Part shown: positions 1 through 7,778 of the stretch, in pieces
Layout: every line of letters begins with the position of its first letter
How positions within the stretch are numbered: position 1 is the stretch's first letter
NCBI GenBank assembly: GCA_029935075.1
Contig: JAOZKZ010000001.1
Coordinates: 1 to 54,949, forward strand
DNA: 54,949 bases
Source: Campylobacterales bacterium
GTDB lineage: Bacteria; Campylobacterota; Campylobacteria; Campylobacterales; QNZT01
Direction: 5' to 3'
Notes under the pieces: model-generated
The model's database searches: none
What the model was told of the DNA's origin: nothing
The model's input: only the letters and a program-made list of their open reading frames with translations
Made by a program: the position numbers and the translations under genes

Positions 1-25
1 TTGCCGAGTATGTTAGTTGACTTAG

Positions 26-33
26 TATAAATA
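26..33 (+). promoter_or_regulatory. candidate T4-type late promoter box TATAAATA
   Basis: Exact TATAAATA in non-coding DNA, inside the 48-bp repeat. Confidence 0.4.
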
Positions 34-42
34 TTTAACCAC

Positions 43-67
43 TTTTTAAGCAAAAGTGTGGTATAAT
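43..67 (+). promoter_or_regulatory. early sigma70-type promoter cassette (TTTTTAAG box + extended -10 TGTGGTATAAT)
   Basis: tttttaagcaaaagtgtggtataat, with TATAAT at 62-67 preceded by TGn. The same cassette recurs at least 13 more times in the window. Confidence 0.7.
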
Positions 68-91
68 ATGACATATTTAAAAAGGATTAGC

Positions 92-379
92 ATGTTCAAA
101 GAAATATTTCAAGAAAAGTACAAAATACCAAAGGACGATGGTCCTCTTATAAGAGCCAATGAGTTCATAGTATCAGTAAATGGTAAAGAAAAATTTCATT
201 ACAAAGGTGGTAAAACATCTTACTGGAAAAGATCAGAGAAATACGCTTCCAGTACCAGTACTGGACCCGAGTGGGAGAAATTCGCTAAAAATAGCAGCAC
301 TGATGCCAATGCTAAAATGATAGTTCAGTGGTTAATGGATGATGGGTTTGATGTTTCTGATGTTGATATAAAAAGTTAG
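92..379 (+). CDS. hypothetical protein (start revised from ORF-track 56)
   Basis: The track start GTG 56 and the ATG at 68 lie inside or at the -10 hexamer, so they would not be transcribed from it. ATG 92 follows AAAGGA with the window-typical 5-6 nt spacing. The protein begins MFKEIFQE (leader-like). Confidence 0.6.
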   Translation: MFKEIFQEKYKIPKDDGPLIRANEFIVSVNGKEKFHYKGGKTSYWKRSEKYASSTSTGPEWEKFAKNSSTDANAKMIVQWLMDDGFDVSDVDIKS

Positions 380-387
380 TATAAATA
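380..387 (+). promoter_or_regulatory. candidate T4-type late promoter box TATAAATA
   Basis: Exact TATAAATA in the gap upstream of rnlA. Confidence 0.4.
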
Positions 388-396
388 TTTAACCAC

Positions 397-421
397 TTTT
401 TAAGCAAAAGTGTGGTATAAT
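397..421 (+). promoter_or_regulatory. early promoter cassette
   Basis: tttttaagcaaaagtgtggtataat, with TATAAT at 416-421. Confidence 0.7.
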
Positions 422-440
422 ATATTCATAAAGGATAAAA

Positions 441-1514
441 ATGACTAAAGAAAAAGCAGATTATTTCGTACAAAAATACGAGACTTTTTATAGAAAAGAA
501 ATCAACATCAATGATACTGATTTATACTTGTATAATTACATCCTCAGTGATTACGATGCATTTCAAGAAGATCCCCTAAGCAGAGAATTGAGAGGGCTAG
601 TAATAATCAAGGAAACACAAGAAGTATTCCTAAGTGTTCCTAAATTTTTCAACTACAACGAAATCCCTGAGACCCTTGAGCAAAACACCAAGCACCTTAA
701 GATTAAAAAAGTCCAGAAAAAATTAGACGGCTCTTTGATAACACCTGTTGTTATAAACAGTGAAATTATAACCAAATCTAAGGCATCTTTTGAATCCGAT
801 CAGGCTAAATTAGCCCAGGAGATTATCGACAATGACCCTGAGTTGTCTTTTGCTATCTTGGATTGTTATAGTAACGGTTTTCAACCATTTTTTGAACTAA
901 TAGGAAACGATAACCGACATGTAATAGACTACAACCAGGATAACAAATTAGTCCTGATTATGATGCGTGATCATAATGGCGAGTTCATTGATATTAATAA
1001 GTTCGATTATTTATTCAGTGATATAGCGGAATCTTATGACTATAATTTAGAAGAGCTTATACACTTACAACAAACAGCCAAGGGCATAGAAGGGTTCGTG
1101 ACCAAGTTCACAAACAACCAGATAATGAAGTTCAAGACCAAAGAGTTTTTTGAGCTTCATAAGATAGTACAAGAATCAGATTCTTATAAGATAATTCTGG
1201 AGCGTGTTTTAGATGAAAATATGGACGATATCCTTTCACAGGTCCCAGAAAACAGAAGAGAAAACCTAAGAAAGATTATGAAAGCCTTGAGCAATTATGT
1301 GGTTTCTTTTGTTATCGAGATAGAGGGTATTATTAAAAAAGAGAAGAAAAAAACAAGAAAAGAAATAGCCCTTAAATACCGAAACCATTTGTATTTTGGG
1401 GTTATAATGGAAGCACTGACCAAAGACAACACCAAAGAAGCCTTGATAAGGACTATTAAAAACAGACATAAAAAAGAAAAAACCGCAGAGAGTTTTATCA
1501 AGGTTCTTATTTAA
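441..1514 (+). CDS. rnlA: RNA ligase 1 (T4 RnlA-like)
   Basis: Motif-by-motif match to T4 Rnl1 as I recall it: ELRGLVI/ECRGIMF, PKFFNYNE/EKFFNLNE, adenylylation motif KKLDGSLI/TKEDGSLV, KSKASFESDQA/KSKGSIKSEQA, FELIGNDNRHVIDY/FEFVAPTNRIVLAY, IEGFV...KFKTKEF/IEGYV...KIKSDWY. RBS is aaaggataaaaATG. Confidence 0.85.
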   Translation: MTKEKADYFVQKYETFYRKEININDTDLYLYNYILSDYDAFQEDPLSRELRGLVIIKETQEVFLSVPKFFNYNEIPETLEQNTKHLKIKKVQKKLDGSLITPVVINSEIITKSKASFESDQAKLAQEIIDNDPELSFAILDCYSNGFQPFFELIGNDNRHVIDYNQDNKLVLIMMRDHNGEFIDINKFDYLFSDIAESYDYNLEELIHLQQTAKGIEGFVTKFTNNQIMKFKTKEFFELHKIVQESDSYKIILERVLDENMDDILSQVPENRRENLRKIMKALSNYVVSFVIEIEGIIKKEKKKTRKEIALKYRNHLYFGVIMEALTKDNTKEALIRTIKNRHKKEKTAESFIKVLI

Positions 1515-1542
1515 GGTTATTTTAAAGAAAAAATAGTATAAT
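1511..1542 (+). promoter_or_regulatory. early promoter, weaker variant (no TGn)
   Basis: ttaaggttattttaaagaaaaaatagtataat, with TATAAT at 1537-1542. Confidence 0.45.
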
Positions 1543-1560
1543 ACACTATAGGAAAAAGAT

Positions 1561-1767
1561 ATGGATATGGATATACAAAAAGGAATGATCATCAAGACAA
1601 TGTTCAATGATATACTTATTGTTACTGATGTTCTACCAGAGGAAATCCACCCTATCAAGGTCATACATATATCTAAGTTCAGAAAGGGCAAGATTAACGG
1701 ATACAGCAGAACTCATATTAAAGAAATCATAGGCACCGCAGAAACACACCCTGAGTACATGCTCTAA
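1561..1767 (+). CDS. small hypothetical protein with C-terminal HPEYML tail
   Basis: ORF with an upstream aggaaaaag. It ends ETHPEYML. Confidence 0.6.
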   Translation: MDMDIQKGMIIKTMFNDILIVTDVLPEEIHPIKVIHISKFRKGKINGYSRTHIKEIIGTAETHPEYML

Positions 1768-1782
1768 AAAGAAAGGAAAGAA

Positions 1783-2127
1783 ATGAGTCAAACAGAAACC
1801 CACTTTGGTACGATGGTACAAATCCACCCTGAACTTACCCCAGAGGAGATATGTAAAATAATCGTTCAACACGATATAGATGATATAAATGAAGTTTTTA
1901 AGTACTACGATTCTTATCAAGAGTATATTGAATCGGAGTCAGAGGAATACCTTATAAGAGACAATAAGGTTTATGTAATAGATAACACGGAAACAGAGAC
2001 AGATATAGGTGAAACTTGGGTAAATCAAGACAAAAGCATAGGTTATGTTGTATCATTTTATAATGGTAGTTGTGGATTTAAAGAAGCCTTGAATGATGCC
2101 TTGGATAATACTTTGGATGACTCATGA
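1783..2127 (+). CDS. hypothetical acidic protein
   Basis: ORF preceded by aaagaaaggaaagaaATG. Confidence 0.65.
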   Translation: MSQTETHFGTMVQIHPELTPEEICKIIVQHDIDDINEVFKYYDSYQEYIESESEEYLIRDNKVYVIDNTETETDIGETWVNQDKSIGYVVSFYNGSCGFKEALNDALDNTLDDS

Positions 2128-2378
2128 CAGAACTTCAACAAGCGGGCGAAACAGTCCATGATATGGGCATAAGTTTGGGGGACACACTCGACAAAACTAT
2201 CCTGGGTATGTTAAATACACAACCAAATATTACTGATACAAGTGGTTCTTATGTATATGAACTCACGGATGATGATGTAAAAGAGCGGTTTGATGAATAC
2301 CTGGCAAGGAAAAAACTCCCTTGTTTTGAAAAAATACTTGAGGTGTTTTATGAACACAATCCAGAGTATATGCTCTAA
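2124..2378 (+). CDS. small hypothetical protein with C-terminal NPEYML tail
   Basis: ATGA overlap with the preceding gene. It ends HNPEYML. Confidence 0.6.
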   Translation: MTELQQAGETVHDMGISLGDTLDKTILGMLNTQPNITDTSGSYVYELTDDDVKERFDEYLARKKLPCFEKILEVFYEHNPEYML

Positions 2379-2401
2379 TGCTCTAAAAAGAAAGGAAAAT
2401 A

Positions 2402-2836
2402 ATGGAAGAATTTAGTGAAGTAAGAGAAGGAGACCAAGTATACGGTCTTGTTTTTGGCAAAGGAATCGTAAGAACAGTATTCAATGGGTTTTATAAATTC
2501 GAGGTGGAATACGAAAACGACCAGATAGTGCCTTATTCGGTAGAAGGAATTCCAGGGTGGAACCCTTTGCTGGATATGCAGACAGTGTTTTATGCGGATT
2601 GTATAGACCTGATGAAGTTCAATATAGCCCCTGGGGATACTAACCTTAAGCCCAAAGAAATTATTAAGCTGAGGAGGAAAGGACTCCTTTCCATTAAATG
2701 CCCTTCTGGAATATGGCTTGATATTAATATGTGCCCTGAGTATATAAGAGAAGAATACCTGGAGAATAAAAAGTTCTATTTATTCAGAAGAAAAACACCA
2801 GAGTCTTTTCAGCAATTTAAGAAGAAAATTAACTAA
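2402..2836 (+). CDS. hypothetical protein
   Basis: ORF preceded by aaagaaaggaaaataATG, the same junction as upstream of 1783. Confidence 0.65.
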   Translation: MEEFSEVREGDQVYGLVFGKGIVRTVFNGFYKFEVEYENDQIVPYSVEGIPGWNPLLDMQTVFYADCIDLMKFNIAPGDTNLKPKEIIKLRRKGLLSIKCPSGIWLDINMCPEYIREEYLENKKFYLFRRKTPESFQQFKKKIN

Positions 2837-2849
2837 CCAAAGGAAAAAA

Positions 2850-3227
2850 ATGAAACCGATAAGACTGTCAGAAGCAGAACAAAAGATAGATTTCGATAAT
2901 TTAGAGAACTCATGGATGGACCTAGACGAGTTCGTGTGCTTAAAGGATACTTTTATAGCAAGAACCCTCCCACAGAACACGAAAAAAGAAACCGAAAGTG
3001 GTCTGATTTTATCCACCCAGGCTGATTCAGTGGTAAATGATCGTCCTGATGCAGGGGTGGTGGTATCAGTAGGACCAGAAGCCGAGTTCAGGGTAGGTGA
3101 GTACATTTTCATACAGAAGGGGCATGGATATGACCTAGCCAATATAAGGAAAGACCCAAAAGCAGATTATAACTACTTGTTATTATATACAGATGCTGTA
3201 ATAGGTAAGAAAAGCCCAAAGGAATAA
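2850..3227 (+). CDS. GroES/gp31-like co-chaperonin (candidate)
   Basis: Size (125 aa) and motif order resemble Cpn10: KKETESGLILS (mobile-loop region, cf. ETKSAGGIVL), AGVVVSVGP (cf. GEVLAVG), VGEYIFI (cf. VGDIVIF), YLLLYTDAVIGKK (cf. VLIMSESDILAIV). Confidence 0.5.
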   Translation: MKPIRLSEAEQKIDFDNLENSWMDLDEFVCLKDTFIARTLPQNTKKETESGLILSTQADSVVNDRPDAGVVVSVGPEAEFRVGEYIFIQKGHGYDLANIRKDPKADYNYLLLYTDAVIGKKSPKE

Positions 3228-3228
3228 T

Positions 3229-3852
3229 ATGAAAGAAATGGCAAGGGATACTGGTATTCACCACAGCGGTGCTTTTGGAGGGGTAGGTGATTGGGAGTAT
3301 TACCAAAAACACCCAGAGTTTATTGTATTGGTTAATGATAAAATAAGTTCAAAAAATTACAGTATATATAAAACAAAAGGACAAAGTTACTGTACTTATT
3401 ACCTTGTCCAAGGGGATACATACAAAGGGAAGATTTCAGGAGGGATTGATAAAAATACCTTTACTATAAAAGAAACTGATTCTAAACTAAAAAGAGGGTT
3501 TTATGAAATTATGTTTTTGGTATTGTTGACCATGTATAACAAACTATTATCAGACACATCATTAAGCACACAAGCAATAAATAGTTATACCAAATTGAAT
3601 AAAAATAAAACCAAAAAGTTCAGCATAGGTGTACAAACCACCCAAGGGGATGAGGAGTTTTCTAAAGAACTTTTACTAAAAGCTGATTCAAACAGAGTGA
3701 TTATACAGGGTGATCAAAAATATCTTAATGAGTTCTTTGATGATTACTACAAAAGAATCAATCAAACGGAAAATGACAGACCATCAGCATTTAGAAAAAT
3801 GTTCTTAAATAAAGACGAAACACTAGATAGACATATGTTTGGTGTAAATTAA
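3229..3852 (+). CDS. hypothetical protein, paralog of 4132-4776
   Basis: Shares GDWEY, LVNDK.SSK.Y..YKT, GFY.IMF, LSTQAI.SY.KL and YYKRI.QTEN..PS.F.KMF with 4132-4776. Confidence 0.7.
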   Translation: MKEMARDTGIHHSGAFGGVGDWEYYQKHPEFIVLVNDKISSKNYSIYKTKGQSYCTYYLVQGDTYKGKISGGIDKNTFTIKETDSKLKRGFYEIMFLVLLTMYNKLLSDTSLSTQAINSYTKLNKNKTKKFSIGVQTTQGDEEFSKELLLKADSNRVIIQGDQKYLNEFFDDYYKRINQTENDRPSAFRKMFLNKDETLDRHMFGVN

Positions 3853-3871
3853 AAGGAATAAAAGGAATAAT

Positions 3872-4132
3872 ATGAAAGAAACAAGACAAGAAAGAAAAGC
3901 CCGAAAAAAAGCATTCATGAGCCTGACGAAGTATTACACATTGGTACAAAACGACAGGACGGGTTATGTTCAACTAACACCAAGAGAAAAGGCATTTCAG
4001 ATGATACACGGTGTAATGGAACTTGGTTACAGGGTAAACAACCTCAAAGACATATACAAAGAAGTCCAGAACCCCAGGTCAAGAAAGAGAAACCACAACT
4101 ATACCTACCCAGAAACAGGAAATAAAAAATAA
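3872..4132 (+). CDS. small basic hypothetical protein
   Basis: ORF with an aaggaataataATG RBS, lying between the two paralogs. Confidence 0.55.
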   Translation: MKETRQERKARKKAFMSLTKYYTLVQNDRTGYVQLTPREKAFQMIHGVMELGYRVNNLKDIYKEVQNPRSRKRNHNYTYPETGNKK

Positions 4133-4776
4133 TGCTAAAGGAAATGGCAGTACAGACTGGTATTTCAGGTGACGGGGCTCATGAAGGCAAGGGAGACTGG
4201 GAATATAATAAAAAGTATAATTTCATCAAACTTGTGAATGATAAATTAGGTTCCAAGTCTTATCAAGTATATAAGACCATTACCCCTGGGATTTTTACTT
4301 ATTTTTTAACCAAAGATGATAATTACAGAGGTAAAATACAAGTACAAGAAGTAAAAAACGGAATACAGATAATAGCATCACACAAAGAAAGCATAAAAGG
4401 ATTTTATCAGATAATGTTTACTATTATGTTGAAAGAATACAAAGAGATTTATTCTGATGTGATGCTTTCTACTCAGGCAATAAAAAGTTATGAAAAGTTA
4501 TCAAAAAAACATACTTTATTTAATATATATGTAAAAGAAAACCAAGAATATATACCATTTAGTAAAGAAGCCTTGTTAAGAGACAAGAACAACACGGTAG
4601 TAATTAAGGTTCAGACCAAGAATGAAAATTTCATCAAAGAACACCTCGATGAATACTATAAAAGAATACAACAAACCGAAAACAACAAACCATCTTCATT
4701 CATGAAAATGTTTATTACTAAAGACCAAGAACTGGATCAATATTTGTTCGGCAATTTAACACAAAAAGGAAAATAA
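4132..4776 (+). CDS. hypothetical protein, paralog of 3229-3852
   Basis: TAATG overlap with the preceding gene. The paralogy blocks are listed under 3229-3852. Confidence 0.7.
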   Translation: MLKEMAVQTGISGDGAHEGKGDWEYNKKYNFIKLVNDKLGSKSYQVYKTITPGIFTYFLTKDDNYRGKIQVQEVKNGIQIIASHKESIKGFYQIMFTIMLKEYKEIYSDVMLSTQAIKSYEKLSKKHTLFNIYVKENQEYIPFSKEALLRDKNNTVVIKVQTKNENFIKEHLDEYYKRIQQTENNKPSSFMKMFITKDQELDQYLFGNLTQKGK

Positions 4777-5021
4777 TGCTTTATTTCATAGAAAGAGAAA
4801 CCCAAGAGCCTTTTGAAGGCTCTATCAGAGAGTGTCAAATCAACACCAAGGTGTACGATATAGTCCCCCAAGGCAGGAATGTGGGGTTAGACAGGATTTC
4901 TGACCATGTTATCAATGACACCAGTTGGACATTTGAGAAAACAGACCCAAGGGAACAACAAATAATAAGAGAATTCGTAGAAGAGAATTTCAACAAGATG
5001 AATGATCTTCTTTTAGGCTAA
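4776..5021 (+). CDS. hypothetical protein
   Basis: TAATG overlap with the upstream gene. Confidence 0.6.
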   Translation: MLYFIERETQEPFEGSIRECQINTKVYDIVPQGRNVGLDRISDHVINDTSWTFEKTDPREQQIIREFVEENFNKMNDLLLG

Positions 5022-5025
5022 AAGA

Positions 5026-5265
5026 ATGAATACACACACAGCATCACTAAGAGTAAAAGAGAAAATGGACTCCTCAAGGATGATAGACCTTTATCAAGAC
5101 AAAGACCATTTGCATCATATGATCCAGGAGATACAAAAAATGGACCTAAGGGTTAAAAAAACAAATGAAAAATCACACAGATGGCTCGGATGGCTTCAGG
5201 CTATGGTAGTAGAACACTCCGAGATGACCCTGGAGATGATGAAAGACATAAACAAAGGCTCTTAA
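5026..5265 (+). CDS. hypothetical protein
   Basis: ORF directly following 4776-5021. Confidence 0.55.
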   Translation: MNTHTASLRVKEKMDSSRMIDLYQDKDHLHHMIQEIQKMDLRVKKTNEKSHRWLGWLQAMVVEHSEMTLEMMKDINKGS

Positions 5266-5534
5266 TGAATATAATAACACTTGGTGGTAAAAGCATCACG
5301 GCTTCTGAATACTACTATGATTGTCCGTTCGACTACTGGGACAACATGCTATACAAGGATGCAATCATTTCAAGGAGAGACAAGGCCTTTGAACTCTACA
5401 TCAGGCTTACCGAAAGTCAGCTTCTCCCTGAGCCTAAAATCCTTGCCCCAGAGGATGAGATAAGAGCCTTTAAAGTAGAAAAAGCATACAAGGATTGTCA
5501 GCAACTTTGTGATGAAAGGGGCTTGATTCTTTGA
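5265..5534 (+). CDS. hypothetical protein (start revised from 5181)
   Basis: ATG 5265 overlaps the stop of the previous gene (TAATG) and follows aaaggc plus 5 nt. The track start at 5181 would overlap 85 nt of the upstream gene. Confidence 0.55.
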   Translation: MNIITLGGKSITASEYYYDCPFDYWDNMLYKDAIISRRDKAFELYIRLTESQLLPEPKILAPEDEIRAFKVEKAYKDCQQLCDERGLIL

Positions 5535-6358
5535 ACCCTGAAACCCCTAAAGAACTAGACCAGTGGTACACCAGCCCTGAGACTGCCAGTATTTGCATAG
5601 GGTTTATGAAGCCTTATATGAAAAAGAATATCCTTGAGCCTTCTTGTGGTACAGGGGTGTTCATCAAGCTGTTGGAATCAATGGGTTATAATATCAAGGG
5701 ATTTGACATAGACCCCAAGACCCCAGAAGGTATAAAGAAGGATTTCTTCTTGGTCAAAAAGGATGACATTTTAAAGGACTCGGTAACCATAGGGAACCCT
5801 CCTTATGGTAAAAAAGGCAAATTAGCCCAAGGGTTTATTAACCATGCCTTGAGTCTCTCTGATACAGTAGGGTTTATTGTGCCTTTGACTTTAAGTACTT
5901 CTTACACTGCCCAGAAACACATCAACGAAAATGCTTCCTTAATCCTTGAGGAACCTCTTCCAAAGAATAGTTTTGTGTTCAAGGGTAAAACAAAGGATGT
6001 AAAAAGTGTTTTTCAAATTTGGAGTTTAGTAACAAACCAAAGAGACCTAAGGCTCAAAAAACCCCAGACACAGCATCCAGATTTTGAGACCAGGATTTAC
6101 AACAAGACCCAAGGTGCCTTGAAATATCTCGATTGGGACTGGGACATTGCTATTAAAAGAAATACAAAAAACGGGGAGTTTATTACCGAAGGGAAAGCCT
6201 CGGCTGATTACCATTGGATGCTCGTTAAGGTAAAGAACAAAGAAATCCTAAAGAGGTTTCTTAAGATAGACTACACCAGGATAAACGATAACAAGATGAC
6301 AGCAGGGATGGGGAAGGCTGATATTGTTAAGGCTTATTTAGAGGTTAAGAAATTTTAA
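5531..6358 (+). CDS. N6-adenine DNA methyltransferase (gamma-class-like)
   Basis: QWYTSPE, motif I EPSCGTGVF, motif IV GNPPYG. The TTG start overlaps the upstream stop (TTGA). The conserved QWYTSPE lies upstream of the first ATG, which supports the TTG start. Confidence 0.8.
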   Translation: MNPETPKELDQWYTSPETASICIGFMKPYMKKNILEPSCGTGVFIKLLESMGYNIKGFDIDPKTPEGIKKDFFLVKKDDILKDSVTIGNPPYGKKGKLAQGFINHALSLSDTVGFIVPLTLSTSYTAQKHINENASLILEEPLPKNSFVFKGKTKDVKSVFQIWSLVTNQRDLRLKKPQTQHPDFETRIYNKTQGALKYLDWDWDIAIKRNTKNGEFITEGKASADYHWMLVKVKNKEILKRFLKIDYTRINDNKMTAGMGKADIVKAYLEVKKF

Positions 6359-7736
6359 CCCATCCTATATTTTCTAAGTTCTTTACATTTTGTACTTTAA
6401 CTGTTGGGTTTAAGCCAAATACACGATTTTGGTATCTTAAATGTAAATCTATCTGGGCATAATTAGGGGAAATAGAAACCTCTTGTGCTTCAGTGGTTAT
6501 TTTTATGGTAAACATAACACCAGCAACACCCTTCCCCATCTTATAGTTTATGTCTGTTTTTTTTACGATTAGCTTATTCTCACTAAATTCATTAGAAGAC
6601 GGGACATAGTATAGTTCTTTTAACGATTGATAAAAATATGGATTATCAGCAATAGCCAGTTTCTGCATAATCTCAGAATTTGTTGAGAACGATTCAAAGA
6701 CCATTTCAGATATATTCTTCGCTAGTGTATTATAAACCAAATCCGATAACTTTTTAAATTCACTGCTATTTTGAATAGCGTAATTTCCAAACACAGCATA
6801 ATGTGGGTTCGTTGTTGCTATATTGGTCTTTTGTTTTAAATTTGTTTCGGTAAATTTGTATTTACCTTCTGGGGTTTTATCGTCATCAGGATCAACTAAT
6901 TTTTCTTTACCTGTCCCTGATTTGTATTTTATATAAAATACTTTTTCTTCTTTATTGTACATTATATAGTAATGAGAATCTTCTGGGGTTTCACTACTAA
7001 ATGTAAATTTTTTCCCAGGTTCTTTTTTTACTAATTTTATAGCACTCGTGACTACCTTTTTTTTCCAATTAAACCAATAAGAATCTCCCGAGGATTGCCC
7101 TGTTTCTCTATCTCGACTATATTTTGATATGGCATCTTCACCTCTGTTTGTTGTTAGTTTTAAAGAATCTGGTGACAGGCTTTTTAATGTTACGGCATTT
7201 ACCGATTTAACAGATATCCCAGCAACAACAGTATCAAACCCTACATCATCTGGTGCTGCTGTGCCACTTGCATTTTGCAACCCTGCCCAAGAAAATTGAC
7301 TAGGTTTGGTTTTTTTAGTTTTTGTTAAATATTCAGTGACTTTTAGTCTAAATGTTTCTGAAATGCCAAAAGATGACATAAATAATTTTTCATCATAAAA
7401 CCCATTTAATGCTTCGGCTATTAGAGAAAGGGTCAACTCAGAGTTGTTTATCTTTTTCTCATCAAAATAATCTTTTAAATACTCCGTTGTGAATATTATA
7501 TCTTTTGATTTTTTAGCTTCTTTTAAGTTGTTTTTTTCAAAACCTTTGAAGTCACCGTTTTGAGCATATGCTAATAAACAAGGAATTTCAGAGTTGTATT
7601 TTGTTTTGTCTGATGTTCCTCCTTCGTTTATACTCTCTTCGTTTATACTCTCTTCGTTTGAACATCCAAAAAAATACTCTGCTAAAAAAACACTCTTATG
7701 TTTACATTCCTCACTTAAATATTCCTTAAACCCCAT
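6345..7736 (-). CDS. hypothetical 463-aa protein, the only convincing minus-strand gene
   Basis: Long ORF. On the minus strand the RBS is aaaggc plus 5 nt before the ATG, and a TATAAATA box lies upstream. The N-terminus MGFKEYLSE matches the shared leader. It carries an in-frame NEESI NEESI NE repeat. Its 3' end overlaps the methyltransferase gene by 14 nt. Confidence 0.75.
   Translation of the reverse strand: MGFKEYLSEECKHKSVFLAEYFFGCSNEESINEESINEGGTSDKTKYNSEIPCLLAYAQNGDFKGFEKNNLKEAKKSKDIIFTTEYLKDYFDEKKINNSELTLSLIAEALNGFYDEKLFMSSFGISETFRLKVTEYLTKTKKTKPSQFSWAGLQNASGTAAPDDVGFDTVVAGISVKSVNAVTLKSLSPDSLKLTTNRGEDAISKYSRDRETGQSSGDSYWFNWKKKVVTSAIKLVKKEPGKKFTFSSETPEDSHYYIMYNKEEKVFYIKYKSGTGKEKLVDPDDDKTPEGKYKFTETNLKQKTNIATTNPHYAVFGNYAIQNSSEFKKLSDLVYNTLAKNISEMVFESFSTNSEIMQKLAIADNPYFYQSLKELYYVPSSNEFSENKLIVKKTDINYKMGKGVAGVMFTIKITTEAQEVSISPNYAQIDLHLRYQNRVFGLNPTVKVQNVKNLENIGWVKIS
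7622..7659. repeat. 15-bp tandem repeat, 2.5 copies (cttcgtttatactct)
   Basis: Read at 7622-7636 and 7637-7651, with a partial copy at 7652-7659. On the minus strand it encodes NEESINEESINE in gene 6345-7736. Confidence 0.9.
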
Positions 7737-7751
7737 CTTGTGCCTTTCTAA

Positions 7752-7759
7752 TATTTATA
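7752..7759 (-). promoter_or_regulatory. candidate late promoter box TATAAATA for the minus-strand gene
   Basis: The plus strand reads tatttata, which is TATAAATA on the minus strand. It lies 15 nt upstream of the minus-strand ATG at 7736. Confidence 0.45.
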
Positions 7760-7763
7760 AATA
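7756..7763 (+). promoter_or_regulatory. candidate late promoter box TATAAATA for the paralog array
   Basis: Exact TATAAATA 15 nt upstream of ATG 7779. It overlaps the minus-strand box by 4 nt. Confidence 0.5.
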
Positions 7764-7778
7764 CTACAAAGGCTAAAA

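Larger units (their letters stand above)
22..69 (+). repeat. 48-bp perfect direct repeat, copy 1 (carries TATAAATA box plus extended -10 promoter)
   Basis: ttagtataaatatttaaccactttttaagcaaaagtgtggtataatat reads identically at 22-69 and 376-423. The two copies bracket ORF 92-379. Confidence 0.95.
376..423 (+). repeat. 48-bp perfect direct repeat, copy 2
   Basis: Identical to 22-69. Confidence 0.95.

Noticed and set aside
1266-1691. Minus-strand ORFs in the track. These are 1266-1691, 1295-1501, 1633-1920, 2780-3142, 3109-3312, 3791-3973, 8673-8933, 8991-9245, 9772-9990, 10052-10243, 10538-10762, 11493-11678, 12041-12232, 13512-13871, 13908-14138, 14298-14492, 15703-15924, 16007-16210, 17455-17748, 18025-18297 and all later ones, with the single exception of 6345-7736.
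   Set aside because: Each lies entirely antisense to a longer plus-strand gene that has recognisable motifs or good RBS and coupling signals. Their translations are low-complexity and Phe/Leu/Ile/Ser-rich, as expected from the antisense strand of AT-rich coding DNA. None has an RBS or promoter.
5281-5463. Alternative-frame plus-strand ORFs nested in other genes: 5281-5463, 7594-7776, 12167-12358, 18600-18815, 34835-35026 and 38620-38832 in part.
   Set aside because: They are nested in or overlap better-supported genes, lack an RBS, and have odd composition. 7594-7776 is the antisense shadow of the 5' end of the minus-strand gene plus the promoter gap.
6345-7736. Firm annotation of the minus-strand ORF as a Type II restriction endonuclease.
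   Set aside because: The only support is the convergent position next to a methyltransferase and a weak PD...SxK-like string. Its late box and shared leader point elsewhere. It is kept only as a hypothesis in the findings.
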